Positions 50,494 to 60,146 are shown, counted from the first letter of the stretch. The stretch: DNA of 64,000 nt from Pseudomonadota bacterium (GCA_017881185.1 JADGRE010000001.1:9286-73285); one strand, 5' to 3'. Notes: generated by a model from the sequence alone, not told the origin. Program-made: numbers and translations.

Positions 50494-50706
50494 ATGAAGG
50501 AATCGACCATGAACGCACTTCGTAAGTTGTTTCGCAGCACCGTCGTCAGCGACCAGCGTGGGTTGACCACGGTGGAATACGTGATCGCGCTGGGCTTGAT
50601 CGCGGCGGTGGCGGTCGGGAGTTGGAAGACCTTCGGCGACAAGGTCAAGGGGCACCTCGAGGCATCTACGAACAGTGTCGAGACAGCGTTCGGCAACAAG
50701 CCGTGA
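50494..50706 (+). CDS. flp: Flp-family type IVb/c pilin
   Basis: The processing motif G/xxxxEY is seen as RG-LTTVEYVIALGLIAAVAV. 70 aa. Confidence 0.85.
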   Translation: MKESTMNALRKLFRSTVVSDQRGLTTVEYVIALGLIAAVAVGSWKTFGDKVKGHLEASTNSVETAFGNKP

Positions 50707-50713
50707 TTGATCG

Positions 50714-50905
50714 ATGGACCGGATCAATCCACGGCGTACCCGACTGATCGTCACCACCGATACGCGCGGTGTCACCACCGTCGAGTACGTGCTCGCACTC
50801 GGCCTGTTCACCGCCGGCCTCGTCGCTCCGCTGATCGCGCTCAGTGTCGCGCTCGCGCGTCTGTTCAACTTCCAGCAAGCCTTGTTGCTCTTCCCTGCTC
50901 CCTGA
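50714..50905 (+). CDS. second Flp-like pilin
   Basis: RG-VTTVEYVLALGLFTAGLV. 63 aa. Confidence 0.7.
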   Translation: MDRINPRRTRLIVTTDTRGVTTVEYVLALGLFTAGLVAPLIALSVALARLFNFQQALLLFPAP

Positions 50906-50911
50906 CCCGCC

Positions 50912-51451
50912 ATGCCAACCGTATTCTCCGCGTACTTCGCTTGTGCTGCACTCCTCTTGGCGCTGCTGTCTGCCATCTCCGACACCCGTACTGGCCACAT
51001 CCCGAACCTCTTGACCCTCCCCCCGCTCGCCGTAGCGCCCCTGGTTCACGCCCTGCTTGGTGGACCAGGGGCGCTCGGCGGGTCCCTACTGGGCGCGTGC
51101 CTGTGCGCCGTGGTGCCTGCCTTCGCGTTCGCGCGTGGTGCGATGGGCGGCGGCGATCTCAAGTTGTTCGCCGCGCTCGGGGCGCTGCTCGGCTTCGACC
51201 TCGGCCTGCAGATCGAGCTTGCTGCACTGTGGCTCGCCACCCTTTGGGTGTGCGCGCGCTTCGCTTGGCAAGGCCAGCTCTTTCACCTGCTGCGCAGCGC
51301 GCTCGCGTTCTTCTGGCAGCGCTGCTCGCGACGCGCGTCACCGTCGCCCACGCCGGCAGTACTGCAGACCAAGCTACGCCTGGGCGCAGCCATCGGCGGC
51401 GCGACCTTGGCGGTGCTCGCGCTCGACAAACTCGCCTGGCTGCGGCCATGA
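50912..51451 (+). CDS. cpaA: prepilin peptidase (A24 family, CpaA/TadV-like)
   Basis: A polytopic membrane protein with two Asp motifs (SDTRTGHIPN and MGGGDLKLFAALG). Confidence 0.85.
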   Translation: MPTVFSAYFACAALLLALLSAISDTRTGHIPNLLTLPPLAVAPLVHALLGGPGALGGSLLGACLCAVVPAFAFARGAMGGGDLKLFAALGALLGFDLGLQIELAALWLATLWVCARFAWQGQLFHLLRSALAFFWQRCSRRASPSPTPAVLQTKLRLGAAIGGATLAVLALDKLAWLRP

Positions 51452-52257
51452 GCCCGCGCACACAAGTAGCCCGCTGCGAAGCAGGCACCGTGACCGTGGA
51501 GCTACTGATTGCCTTCCCACCCGTGTTCCTGCTCTTCCTCGGCGCGTTGCAGCTTGCGCTGATGTATGCGGCCGATCTGGTCGTGCATCACGCGGCGTGG
51601 GCTGCCGCGCGCTCGGCCGTCGTGGTGCTCGACGACGACCCCAAACGCTACGCGAACGAAGCTCCCCGCTGCATCACCGAAAGCGGCGGCGACTCGAGCG
51701 TGGTGAGCGGACTCACGACGACGCTGGGCAGCTACTTCCCGGCCGGCGCCTCCGGCGGCTCCTCGTCCGCCGCCGACAGCGGCAGCACACACTCGGGACG
51801 GCGACTGGCTGCCATCCAACACGCCGCGCTGCTCCCGCTGTCGGCGCTCTCCTCGGACCCGTTTCCGCTCTCGCTGCTGTCCACGTCCTCCGTCGCTGCG
51901 GTCACCTTCCCGGCAAGTCCTGGAGCCGACGAGCTGCAGACCAAACAAGTCGCGCTCGGCAACGAGCTCACCGTGCGCGTGACCTACCTCTTCACCTGCG
52001 CCATTCCCGTCGTCTCCGCACTGCTCTGCGACTCGCTCATCCAGCGCCGCATAAGCCAGCTGACGGCAAAGCTCGGCTTCGGCAAGCCGGATCGCAGCTT
52101 CGAGCAAGGCCAGAAAGAGCTCGCGCACGCACCCTTTGCACTCGGCCAAGCGCTGCTCTGGGCCAAGGGCACGCGCGTTCGCATGCTGCGAGCCGAGGCG
52201 ACGCTGCCAACCCAGTGGTTGCCTTACCCGATCCCGGCGGACAACCCATGCAACTGA
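51448..52257 (+). CDS. TadE-like pseudopilin/pilus assembly protein
   Basis: ATGA overlap with cpaA. N-terminal GTVTVELLIAFPPVFLLFLGALQLAL is a TadE-type motif. Confidence 0.7.
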   Translation: MSPRTQVARCEAGTVTVELLIAFPPVFLLFLGALQLALMYAADLVVHHAAWAAARSAVVVLDDDPKRYANEAPRCITESGGDSSVVSGLTTTLGSYFPAGASGGSSSAADSGSTHSGRRLAAIQHAALLPLSALSSDPFPLSLLSTSSVAAVTFPASPGADELQTKQVALGNELTVRVTYLFTCAIPVVSALLCDSLIQRRISQLTAKLGFGKPDRSFEQGQKELAHAPFALGQALLWAKGTRVRMLRAEATLPTQWLPYPIPADNPCN

Positions 52258-54206
52258 GCGACGCAAGCGCCGATGGCTCTGTGTTCACCAGCGCTCCGTT
52301 CTCACCGTTTCGAAGCCACATGCGACTCATCCTCAAAGACCAACGTGGTGCCATCGCAGTGCTCGCGCTGCTCATGACGGTGTGCCTCGTGGGTGCGCTC
52401 TACTACGTCGTAGGCATCGGCCAAGCGGTGCTGCTGCGCGAACGCCTGCAAGACGCGGCCGACGCAGGCGCCTACTCTTCGGCGGCCATCCTGGCGCGCG
52501 GCATGAATTTGCTCGCGCTCATCAACCTGATCATGAGCGCGCTCTTGGCGGTGCTGGTGGCGCTGAAGCTCGTGCAGACGGTGTGCATGGTGGCGGGTCC
52601 GATTCTGGCAGCTGTCGGGTTCTGGTGTCCGCCCTGTGCTGCCGCGGCGCCTCTGGTCATCAGCGCGGGCCAGAACGCAGGCAATGCCGCCGAGCAGCTG
52701 AAGCAGGAAATCATGCCCATGCTCAAAGTGCTGCACCTGGCGGCGCGCGGAGTCCGGCAGATCGTTCCGATCATCGCGCAGGTCGAGGTGGTGGACACGG
52801 TGCTCTCACACTACAAGCCGCCGGCTGCGTTCGGTTTCGCGCTGCCGGCACGCCTCACCCTACCGACCAAGGACGACGACTTCTCGGTGCTGTGTACGCA
52901 CGCGGCGAGCTTCGTCGGAGACATGGTGATGCTGCCGTTCAAGTCCGTTCCGGGCGTGGGTGGAGCAGGCCCGGTGCACGACTTGGTGTCGGGCGCCCTC
53001 GAGGGCCTCGCCAAAGCTGCGCCCGGATGGTTCTGCGGCGAGGCTGGGGCAAAGCCACCAGAATACGAGGTGAAGTACTGGCAGCACCTGCCGGTGCTCG
53101 CCGAGCGGCAGGCCTGCATCGACGCCAAAGGCAGCAAGGACGAGGTCTCCAAGTTGTGTGCGCAGGCCGACGAAGCAGAGCGGCGCTCTTTCCCGGACCG
53201 TGATGACGGCGACTGCAGCGGCTCGCCCTGCGATCCCGCGACCTACCACGCCCGCGTCGTGCAAGCGCGCAGCGCGTGCGATCCGAACCTGGATGGAGCG
53301 CTCGTCGACTACGGCTGGCAAGAACGCACGGTCACGCGTCACTACCAGCGAGTGAACGGCGTGTTTCAGCTGACCACTGAAGAACCCACGCCCGCGAGGC
53401 TCGTGATCCCCACCGGCTCGGACCCCACGCAGGCTCGCTACGGAGAACGCGGCGAAACGCAACTGCCCTGTCCGCGCACCGAAGGCCGCGTCGAGTGGAA
53501 CGAGCACGAGCACACGGACGACGCACCGGACAAGCTGCTTCCCGTCTGCAGCGAGCTGCTCGACAGCCACTACGATGATCTACACACCCAGGCGCAGCGT
53601 ACCGACACCGTGCGCGAGGTACTGCAAGTGCTGCACTGCGACAAGCACGTGACGAAGAAGCAGTCGGTCGACGGTTTCAAGAACAACCGCGTCGCAGACA
53701 CGGGCGGCGAAGACGCACAGCAGGACTCGAAGACCGAACACTCACCACAAGCCCCGGAAGATGGTGTGCAGCTCGAAGACGACAACTTTCAGGCACGGGT
53801 CGTCGTGCTGGGAGGCGCGGCCAGTGGTCTGCCAGCCAAGGTGCTCGCAGCCACCAGTTGGGGCCGCGACACCACGAGCAGCACGGCAGCAGCGATGCGC
53901 GAGCTGGGTCGCATTCAGGTTGCCGAGGCGGAACTCTACTTCGACGATCCGCAAGCACCCGACATCTCCGCGGAGTGGCTGTGGAACTTGAGCTGGCGCG
54001 CGCGCCTGCGGCACTTCCACTTGGCGGCGAACGCGACCGACAACGCTGGCGCCGGCGCTGACGGGCAGGACTCGGCGCCGGACGGGCTCAGTGCACCGAC
54101 CGATCTGCTGGGCGCGTGCAATCGCGTCGCCGGCGGCACCGATGCCAGCAGCTGCAGCGGTCTGGCGGACCAACTGAACACGCTCGGCGACCTAATTGCT
54201 CATTGA
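52248..54206 (+). CDS. large TadG-like pilus assembly protein with unassigned Cys/acidic-rich C-terminal region
   Basis: N-terminal QRGAIAVLALLMTVCLVGALYYVV...DAADAGAYSSA (TadG/Tad N-terminal type). Alternative start at 52320. The upstream 397 codons of the 1049-aa track ORF were rejected. Confidence 0.7.
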   Translation: MQLSDASADGSVFTSAPFSPFRSHMRLILKDQRGAIAVLALLMTVCLVGALYYVVGIGQAVLLRERLQDAADAGAYSSAAILARGMNLLALINLIMSALLAVLVALKLVQTVCMVAGPILAAVGFWCPPCAAAAPLVISAGQNAGNAAEQLKQEIMPMLKVLHLAARGVRQIVPIIAQVEVVDTVLSHYKPPAAFGFALPARLTLPTKDDDFSVLCTHAASFVGDMVMLPFKSVPGVGGAGPVHDLVSGALEGLAKAAPGWFCGEAGAKPPEYEVKYWQHLPVLAERQACIDAKGSKDEVSKLCAQADEAERRSFPDRDDGDCSGSPCDPATYHARVVQARSACDPNLDGALVDYGWQERTVTRHYQRVNGVFQLTTEEPTPARLVIPTGSDPTQARYGERGETQLPCPRTEGRVEWNEHEHTDDAPDKLLPVCSELLDSHYDDLHTQAQRTDTVREVLQVLHCDKHVTKKQSVDGFKNNRVADTGGEDAQQDSKTEHSPQAPEDGVQLEDDNFQARVVVLGGAASGLPAKVLAATSWGRDTTSSTAAAMRELGRIQVAEAELYFDDPQAPDISAEWLWNLSWRARLRHFHLAANATDNAGAGADGQDSAPDGLSAPTDLLGACNRVAGGTDASSCSGLADQLNTLGDLIAH

Positions 54207-54212
54207 GAGACC

Positions 54213-54752
54213 ATGCGACCCCAACCCAAATCAACCGCTCGTTCAAGAATATACAGACCGCGTGGTGCACGTGCCACGCACGGCACGGCCAGCGTCGAGG
54301 CAGTCATCGCGTTGCCGCTGTTGATCCTATTGCTCATCGGCATCAGCTACGTTCACCACCTGTACGCCGCCAAACAGCAGACCCTGCTTGCGGCTCGCAA
54401 GGCCGCGTGGACCCAAGCCATCAGCGGCTGCACGAGCGGACCGAGCGCGACCACGGGCAGCACCGGCACACCGGGTGGCGCCATTCCGAGCTACGTCGCC
54501 CAACATGGCGCGCACAGCGACGACAACAGTCTCGCGAAGATTCCCGTGGTGGGCGAGGCCTTGTCGAATCTCATCCTGCCGGGCACTTCAAGCGTGGCCA
54601 GCGCAAGCGTGCAACGCCCAACGCAGCTCGATGGTGGCGTGGACACCCTCTCCACCGAAAGCTACGTCGGCTGCAACGAACCTCATCGCGACGCGCACAA
54701 AGACGCGCTCGGCGTGTTTACCGACCTGGTGTCGAGCAAGCTCGACCCGTAA
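54213..54752 (+). CDS. TadE-like pseudopilin
   Basis: GTASVEAVIALPLLILLLIGISYV TadE N-terminal motif. Confidence 0.75.
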   Translation: MRPQPKSTARSRIYRPRGARATHGTASVEAVIALPLLILLLIGISYVHHLYAAKQQTLLAARKAAWTQAISGCTSGPSATTGSTGTPGGAIPSYVAQHGAHSDDNSLAKIPVVGEALSNLILPGTSSVASASVQRPTQLDGGVDTLSTESYVGCNEPHRDAHKDALGVFTDLVSSKLDP

Positions 54753-54764
54753 CGAGGCACACAG

Positions 54765-55643
54765 ATGCTCAGCTCCTGGCACTCCAAGCTCGCCCGCCTC
54801 GCTCGACTGTCGGCGTTCGCGCTCACCGTACAAATCATCGGATTGTGCTGGCTGGGACACAGCGTGCACGCACGGGCGAACGCCTCACTCGAACGCATCG
54901 GCGAACAGGCATTGCACTACGCCCGGGCGTTCCATCGCGCACCGACACACACGCTGAGCGTGAACGGCCTCGCATTCGAGCTGTCCGTCGGCTCCAGCCA
55001 CGACCCCGTGGGCAGCGTGCTGGCTGCATACCGAGCGCAGTGCCGACAATGGAACGCGGCGCTGCCATCGATGCCGCACGCGAATGCGGCAGACCTGGCC
55101 CTGCAGGCCGAGACCCGCGAGCGTGGCTATGTGGCTTGCCTCGATCCCGGGGCAAGCCTCGGCCCACTCGCCTGGGCGCAGCGCGTGAGTACCTTCGCAC
55201 AAGACCTTGACCTCAGTCGCTTTGGGGCCGTGCTGTACGTGGTCGCCGAGCGCGCCGGCGAAACCACGACGTACGTGGCCATGAAGTCAGTTGGACCGAT
55301 GCTGCTCACGGCGGCGTTTCCGACCTCGGGCGATGCGCCCGGTGTCGACCCAGCTAACGCGCCGCGTCCAGCGCATGCTCGCCGCGTGCTGTCGGGGTGG
55401 CAGCGCGACGCCTCGCCCCTGTTCAACGTCTACGAAGCACGCGCTGTCTCGTCCGCGCAGCTGCTGGCACGCTACCGCACGCAGCTCGAAGCAGCCGGTT
55501 ACCACGTGGCAAACGTAGTAACTCGAGCGCAGTCGTCTGCCACGGCCTCACTCGCCGCCACCCGCGGATCAGTCGTGCTCCTGGCCACGGCGTCGCAGGG
55601 CGACGGCGACCGCGCTCTCCTCTCGGTTACGCCGCTGCGCTAG
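54765..55643 (+). CDS. membrane-anchored hypothetical protein in tad locus
   Basis: N-terminal anchor LSAFALTVQIIGLCWLG. 292 aa, no family recognised. Confidence 0.6.
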   Translation: MLSSWHSKLARLARLSAFALTVQIIGLCWLGHSVHARANASLERIGEQALHYARAFHRAPTHTLSVNGLAFELSVGSSHDPVGSVLAAYRAQCRQWNAALPSMPHANAADLALQAETRERGYVACLDPGASLGPLAWAQRVSTFAQDLDLSRFGAVLYVVAERAGETTTYVAMKSVGPMLLTAAFPTSGDAPGVDPANAPRPAHARRVLSGWQRDASPLFNVYEARAVSSAQLLARYRTQLEAAGYHVANVVTRAQSSATASLAATRGSVVLLATASQGDGDRALLSVTPLR

Positions 55644-55702
55644 ATGACCGAGCGCGGCGCCCGGAACGAGCGAGGCGCCGTTCCCGAATCGCGCTCGGTC
55701 AT
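55644..55702 (+). terminator. 59-nt extended hairpin (candidate attenuator / mRNA processing-stability element)
   Basis: The outer stem is 13 perfect bp, ATGACCGAGCGCG with CGCGCTCGGTCAT. The inner stem is 6 bp, GGAACG with CGTTCC. It starts at the base after the TAG stop, and there is no U-tract. Confidence 0.45.
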
Positions 55703-55805
55703 TTAGCAACTGCCTGGCGACGCGACCGATGCGCTGCACGTAGAGCATGGCACCGCACCAGCTGCTCGTGCGAATGCCAGCGCTCTGCGGAAGGCGGATA
55801 CCCGA

Positions 55806-56501
55806 GTGGAGAAGAAAGCGCTCAGCGTCGCGCTCGCAGCAGCAGTCGTCGGCTTCGGCCTCTTGCAGCTGTACATGCACCACTTCGAGGCGGAGGCCAC
55901 TGGCGGCGAGAAGCTCTCGGTTCTGGTCGTCACGCGGGACCTGCAAGCTGGCGACACCCTCGACCGCGCCTCGCTCGCGTCGCGAGGGCTGCCGCAGGCC
56001 TACGTGGAATCCCGCCACATTCGCGTCGCCGACCTCGACCGTGTGCTCGGCCAACGGCTGGCGGCGCCCGCCAAGGCCGATGAAGCACTGCTGTGGACCG
56101 ACCTCGAGAGTCTGGCAACGCCCGTGCGCACGCTGTCCACGCTCGTGCAGGAAGGCATGCGCGCGGTCAGCTTGCACCTCTCACGAGGCTCGCTCGGCAA
56201 CATGCTGCGACCGGGGGACCGAGTCGATGTCCTATGGATCGCCAACGCCGGCAACAATCAGCAGCCGGCCGCAGCACCACGCACCCTGCTCGAGAACGTG
56301 CTCGTGCTGGCCATCGGCGCGCAGCTGACGTCCGCGAATGACGCAACAGCAGCCGCACGCAGCGGCGACGCGTCGCAAGTCACGCTCAGCGTCACGAGCG
56401 ACCAAGGCAGCGCCATTGCCCTGGCCGAGACCCAAGGCTCGCTGCGTCTGCTCTTGCGCAACCCGGACGACATCAGCACCAGCACGGCGGCGGCACGGTG
56501 A
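55806..56501 (+). CDS. cpaB: Flp pilus assembly protein CpaB/RcpC (SAF domain)
   Basis: N-terminal TM, then VLVVTRDLQAGDTLDRASL (SAF-like). The position before the secretin gene fits. Confidence 0.85.
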   Translation: MEKKALSVALAAAVVGFGLLQLYMHHFEAEATGGEKLSVLVVTRDLQAGDTLDRASLASRGLPQAYVESRHIRVADLDRVLGQRLAAPAKADEALLWTDLESLATPVRTLSTLVQEGMRAVSLHLSRGSLGNMLRPGDRVDVLWIANAGNNQQPAAAPRTLLENVLVLAIGAQLTSANDATAAARSGDASQVTLSVTSDQGSAIALAETQGSLRLLLRNPDDISTSTAAAR

Positions 56502-57664
56502 AACGCATGACACCCACAACCTCGCTCGGACAGCTCAGGCTTGCAGCGTTCTTCGTGGCGCTGGTGGTCACGCATGCCGCACCGGCCTTCGCCTCGCAAG
56601 AGAAGATCGACATCAGCCTGAGCGTCGGCGAGCAACGCGTTGTCAGCGCTGCGGGCGTCAGCAGCTACTCCGAAGGCACCTCCGGGGTGTTCGACGTGCG
56701 CCTGACCAGAGATGCCGCGAGCTTCGTCATCGCCGGACAACGCGCCGGCGTCTCCACGCTGCTGCTCATCATGGACGACGGGCGCGAGCTGTTGTACCGC
56801 ATCACCGTCAGCGCAGGCCCCGCGCTGAGCGACGGTTCCGCCAAGCTCGACAGCGTCAGCGCACGCGACAACATCCGTCTCGACTTCTACTTCGTCCAGC
56901 TCAGCCGCGACTACAACCACCACGTGGGCATCGCCTGGCCTGCGTCGTTCGGTGGTGGCAGCCTCGGTGCCAGCTTCGATCTCGCGACTGCTTCGTTCAC
57001 CGACGCAACCGCCGTGATCTCCAATCAGGCACTGCCGCGTCTCGACCTCGCGCAGTCGCGCGGCTGGGCCAAGCTGATGCGACAAGCGGCCGTCGTCACC
57101 GAGAACGGCACGCAAGCCAAGTTCAGCGGTGGTGGCGAGCTCAACGTCGCCATCACTGGCGGTCTCTCCAACACGCTGCGACAGATCAGCTTCGGTTCGC
57201 AGATCGAGGTGCTGCCTCGCTACGATCGCGAGTCGGGTCGCATCGAGCTGGAGATCCACGCCGATGTCTCCGACCTCGCCGCTGACCACGGCACCGGAGT
57301 GCCCGGCAGAGTCACCTCCACCCTCACATCCGTCGTGAACGTGGAGCTCGGGCAGTCGGTGATCTTGGCAGGCCTGCAAGCACGCTCCGAATCGAGCGAC
57401 AAGACCGGCCTGCCCTGGCTCAGTCAGATCCCGATCCTGGGCGCGCTCTTCGGCACCAGCAGTAACAAGAGCGAAGACACCCAAAACCTGGTGGTCATCA
57501 TCCCGACGGTGGTGGACGTGGTGTCGAGCCAAGCGCGCGAGCAACTGCGCGAGGGGCTCGAAGCGTTCGAAGCCTACAGCGGCAACCTGGAGCAGTCGAA
57601 GCTTGGAGAGCGCTTCATGCAACCAGGCCACAGCGCGCCGACCAGCGCCGGAGTCAACCCATGA
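56498..57664 (+). CDS. cpaC: Tad secretin CpaC/RcpA
   Basis: Signal peptide, pilus-N/BON-like N-domain, and C-terminal secretin signature GLPWLSQIPILGALFG...VVIIPTVV. Confidence 0.9.
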   Translation: MKRMTPTTSLGQLRLAAFFVALVVTHAAPAFASQEKIDISLSVGEQRVVSAAGVSSYSEGTSGVFDVRLTRDAASFVIAGQRAGVSTLLLIMDDGRELLYRITVSAGPALSDGSAKLDSVSARDNIRLDFYFVQLSRDYNHHVGIAWPASFGGGSLGASFDLATASFTDATAVISNQALPRLDLAQSRGWAKLMRQAAVVTENGTQAKFSGGGELNVAITGGLSNTLRQISFGSQIEVLPRYDRESGRIELEIHADVSDLAADHGTGVPGRVTSTLTSVVNVELGQSVILAGLQARSESSDKTGLPWLSQIPILGALFGTSSNKSEDTQNLVVIIPTVVDVVSSQAREQLREGLEAFEAYSGNLEQSKLGERFMQPGHSAPTSAGVNP

Positions 57665-59289
57665 TGCTCGGAGCGCTCGTCGTGGAGCATCCCGACGGTC
57701 GGCAAACCACGCGCACGCTGTCGCCTGGTGCGTCATGCTGGATCGGGCGTGACCCGAGCTGCGAGATCGTGTTGCCGGCAAGCTCGGTCTCGCGCCGACA
57801 CGTGTGCGTGGAGCCGGTCGGCGAACGGCTGCGCATTCGCGATGACTCCGCCAACGGGACGCTGATCGACGCCCAGGCCCTGGTGCGACAGACACGCCTG
57901 GTGGACTGGACTTCGGTGCTCGGTGTCGGCCCGTATCGGATCGAGCTGCGTCGCGCGCAGCCAGCCGAGGTGCCTGCGCCTCGATCCGCGCACGAGCGCA
58001 TCTCGAACCTGCCCCAGGCTCCTGATGCCATGGTCTCGCTACAGACACGCAAGCGCATTCGTGACCAGCTACTGGATCACCTCGACCTCGCCGAGCTCGA
58101 TCGCAGCGCAATGCACGATGCGACGCTGCGCCCGAAGGTTCGCTCTGCGCTAGAGATGATCTGCCGCGAGCTTGGCGCGCTGGTACCGCCCTGCGCGCGC
58201 GACGCGCTCATCAACGAGCTGTGCGACGAAGCGCTGGGCCTCGGTCCCCTCGAACGGCTGCTCGCAGACGAGAGCGTAAACGAGATCATGGTGGTCGACC
58301 CGAGCCACATCTTCGCGGAGCGCAACGGCCGCATCGAACGCACCACTGCGTGTTTCACCGACGAGGACTCCGTGCGTGCGGTAGTCGAACGCATCGTCAC
58401 GCCGCTGGGGCGGCGCATCGACGAATCCAACCCGCTCGTGGACGCGCGTCTCAAGGACGGCTCGCGCGTGAACGCCGTCATCAGGCCACTGGCCAACAAG
58501 GGTCCGTGCATCACCATACGCAAGTTCGCCGCCAAGCCCATCGGTTTCGAGCGCCTGCTCGAGCTGGGCTCACTCGACGCCCGCATGCTGCGCTTTCTGC
58601 AACGCGCAGTTAAGTGCCGTCGCAACATCATCGTCTCCGGCGGCACCGGCAGCGGCAAGACCACGCTGCTCAACGTGCTCTCGAGTGCCATCGCCGAGCA
58701 CGAGCGCATCGTCACCATCGAAGACGCCGCCGAGCTGCGCCTGCAGCAAGCACACGTGGTGTCGCTCGAGTCGCGACCGAGCAATCTCGAAGGACGCGGT
58801 GAGATCACCATCCGCGATCTCGTGCGCAACGCCCTGCGAATGCGGCCGGACCGGATCATCGTCGGCGAGTGCCGCGGCGGGGAGGCCATCGACATGCTGC
58901 AGGCGATGAACACCGGACACGAAGGCTCGATGACCAGCCTGCATGCCAATAGCCCCACCGAAAGCATCGCGCGGCTTGAGACGCTGTGTTTGATGTCCGG
59001 CCTCGATCTGCCGTTGCGAGCAGTGCGTGCGCAGATCGCCTCGAGCGTTCACCTGATCGTGCAACAGACACGGTTCGAAGACGGCAGCCGGCGCATCAGC
59101 CACATCACCGAAACCCGCGGCGTCAACGACGCAGGCGAGCTGGAGCTGACCGACATCTTCCGCTTCGAACGCAACGCACGCGGCAACGCAGGCGCCGCGG
59201 CGGGCGAGTTTCGCGCCACTGGCTACCTCCCGGGCTGCCTTGGGCTGTTCCTGGAGCGCGGCTTGGTCACCGACGGAGTGTACCTATGA
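57661..59289 (+). CDS. cpaF: CpaF/TadA-type secretion ATPase with N-terminal FHA domain
   Basis: The FHA domain is CWIGRDPSCEIVLPASSVSRRHVCV...DDSANGTLIDAQ. The ATPase shows Walker A GGTGSGKTTLLN, VTIEDAAEL, Walker B RPDRIIVGECRG and GHEGSMTSLHA. Confidence 0.9.
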   Translation: MMLGALVVEHPDGRQTTRTLSPGASCWIGRDPSCEIVLPASSVSRRHVCVEPVGERLRIRDDSANGTLIDAQALVRQTRLVDWTSVLGVGPYRIELRRAQPAEVPAPRSAHERISNLPQAPDAMVSLQTRKRIRDQLLDHLDLAELDRSAMHDATLRPKVRSALEMICRELGALVPPCARDALINELCDEALGLGPLERLLADESVNEIMVVDPSHIFAERNGRIERTTACFTDEDSVRAVVERIVTPLGRRIDESNPLVDARLKDGSRVNAVIRPLANKGPCITIRKFAAKPIGFERLLELGSLDARMLRFLQRAVKCRRNIIVSGGTGSGKTTLLNVLSSAIAEHERIVTIEDAAELRLQQAHVVSLESRPSNLEGRGEITIRDLVRNALRMRPDRIIVGECRGGEAIDMLQAMNTGHEGSMTSLHANSPTESIARLETLCLMSGLDLPLRAVRAQIASSVHLIVQQTRFEDGSRRISHITETRGVNDAGELELTDIFRFERNARGNAGAAAGEFRATGYLPGCLGLFLERGLVTDGVYL

Positions 59290-60137
59290 GCTTGCTGGCT
59301 TGGTTGCCGCTGTTGGCGGCAGCGTTGATCGCGACGGGCGTGAGCTACGCGCTCAGCTGTGTGTGGTTTCGCCCGGGTGCAGTACCGCGACTGCCCGAGT
59401 ACGCGGCTCGACTGGACCGCGACCTGCGCTTCCTGCGGCGCCGCGAACCGGCAATGCTGGTGGCGGGCGCCCAGATCACCGCGTGCGCACTGCTCGGTTG
59501 CACCGCCTTGCTGTGTGCGAGCGTCGGGCTGCTCGTGCTCGCGCTCGTGGTCGCCTGGATGCCCGGACACTGGCTCGAGCGCCAGCGCGCGCTTCGTATC
59601 ACGCGCCTGGAAGAACAGATCGACAGTTGGTTGCTAGCACTAGCGAACGCGCTGCGCGCCACGCCCTCGCTCGGTGACGCGTTGGCGTCGACGGTCTCGC
59701 TGGTTCCGGCACCACTGTGTGTGGAGCTGGAGCTCGCGCTCAAAGAGTATCAAGTCGGCGTAGCGCTCGATGAAGCGCTGCTGCGGATCGGCACTCGGGT
59801 GGGCAGCCGCACGCTGAGCGCGGCACTGCTCACGCTCCGCATCGCACGCTCCGCGGGCGGCAACCTGAGCGCGTGCCTGGAGCGCTCCGCTGCAGCCCTG
59901 CGCGAGATGACACGCCTCGAAGGCGTAGTGCGCACCAAGACCGCCGAAGGCAAGGCGCAGGCCTTCGTGATCTCAGTGCTGCCACTGCCTCTGTTCGCGT
60001 TACTCAACTGGATCGACAGCGCGTTTCTCGCGCCACTACCAACCTGCACCACCGGACAACTGATCCTCGCGATCGCCGCCACGCTGTGGGGCGCAGCCGT
60101 GCTACTCGCGCGGCGCTTCGCCCACGTCGACATCTAG
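59286..60137 (+). CDS. tadB: TadB-like inner-membrane platform protein (T2SSF domain)
   Basis: ATGA overlap with cpaF. TM-cytoplasmic helical domain-TM layout with LRAxxSLxDAL-type motif. Confidence 0.85.
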   Translation: MSLLAWLPLLAAALIATGVSYALSCVWFRPGAVPRLPEYAARLDRDLRFLRRREPAMLVAGAQITACALLGCTALLCASVGLLVLALVVAWMPGHWLERQRALRITRLEEQIDSWLLALANALRATPSLGDALASTVSLVPAPLCVELELALKEYQVGVALDEALLRIGTRVGSRTLSAALLTLRIARSAGGNLSACLERSAAALREMTRLEGVVRTKTAEGKAQAFVISVLPLPLFALLNWIDSAFLAPLPTCTTGQLILAIAATLWGAAVLLARRFAHVDI

Positions 60138-60146
60138 GGAGCCCAA

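Noticed and set aside
51057-52247. N-terminal 397 codons of the 1049-aa track ORF, and the 516-aa ORF 50707-52257 read as single genes
   Set aside because: The upstream portions run off-frame through cpaA and the TadE-like gene and are Arg-rich. Internal ATGs at 52248 and 51448 give proper TadG/TadE N-termini with coupled overlaps.
56258-58111. 617-aa minus-strand ORF antisense to cpaC/cpaF (also 40848-42320, 38212-38907, 37410-38600)
   Set aside because: These are shadows of well-supported plus-strand genes.
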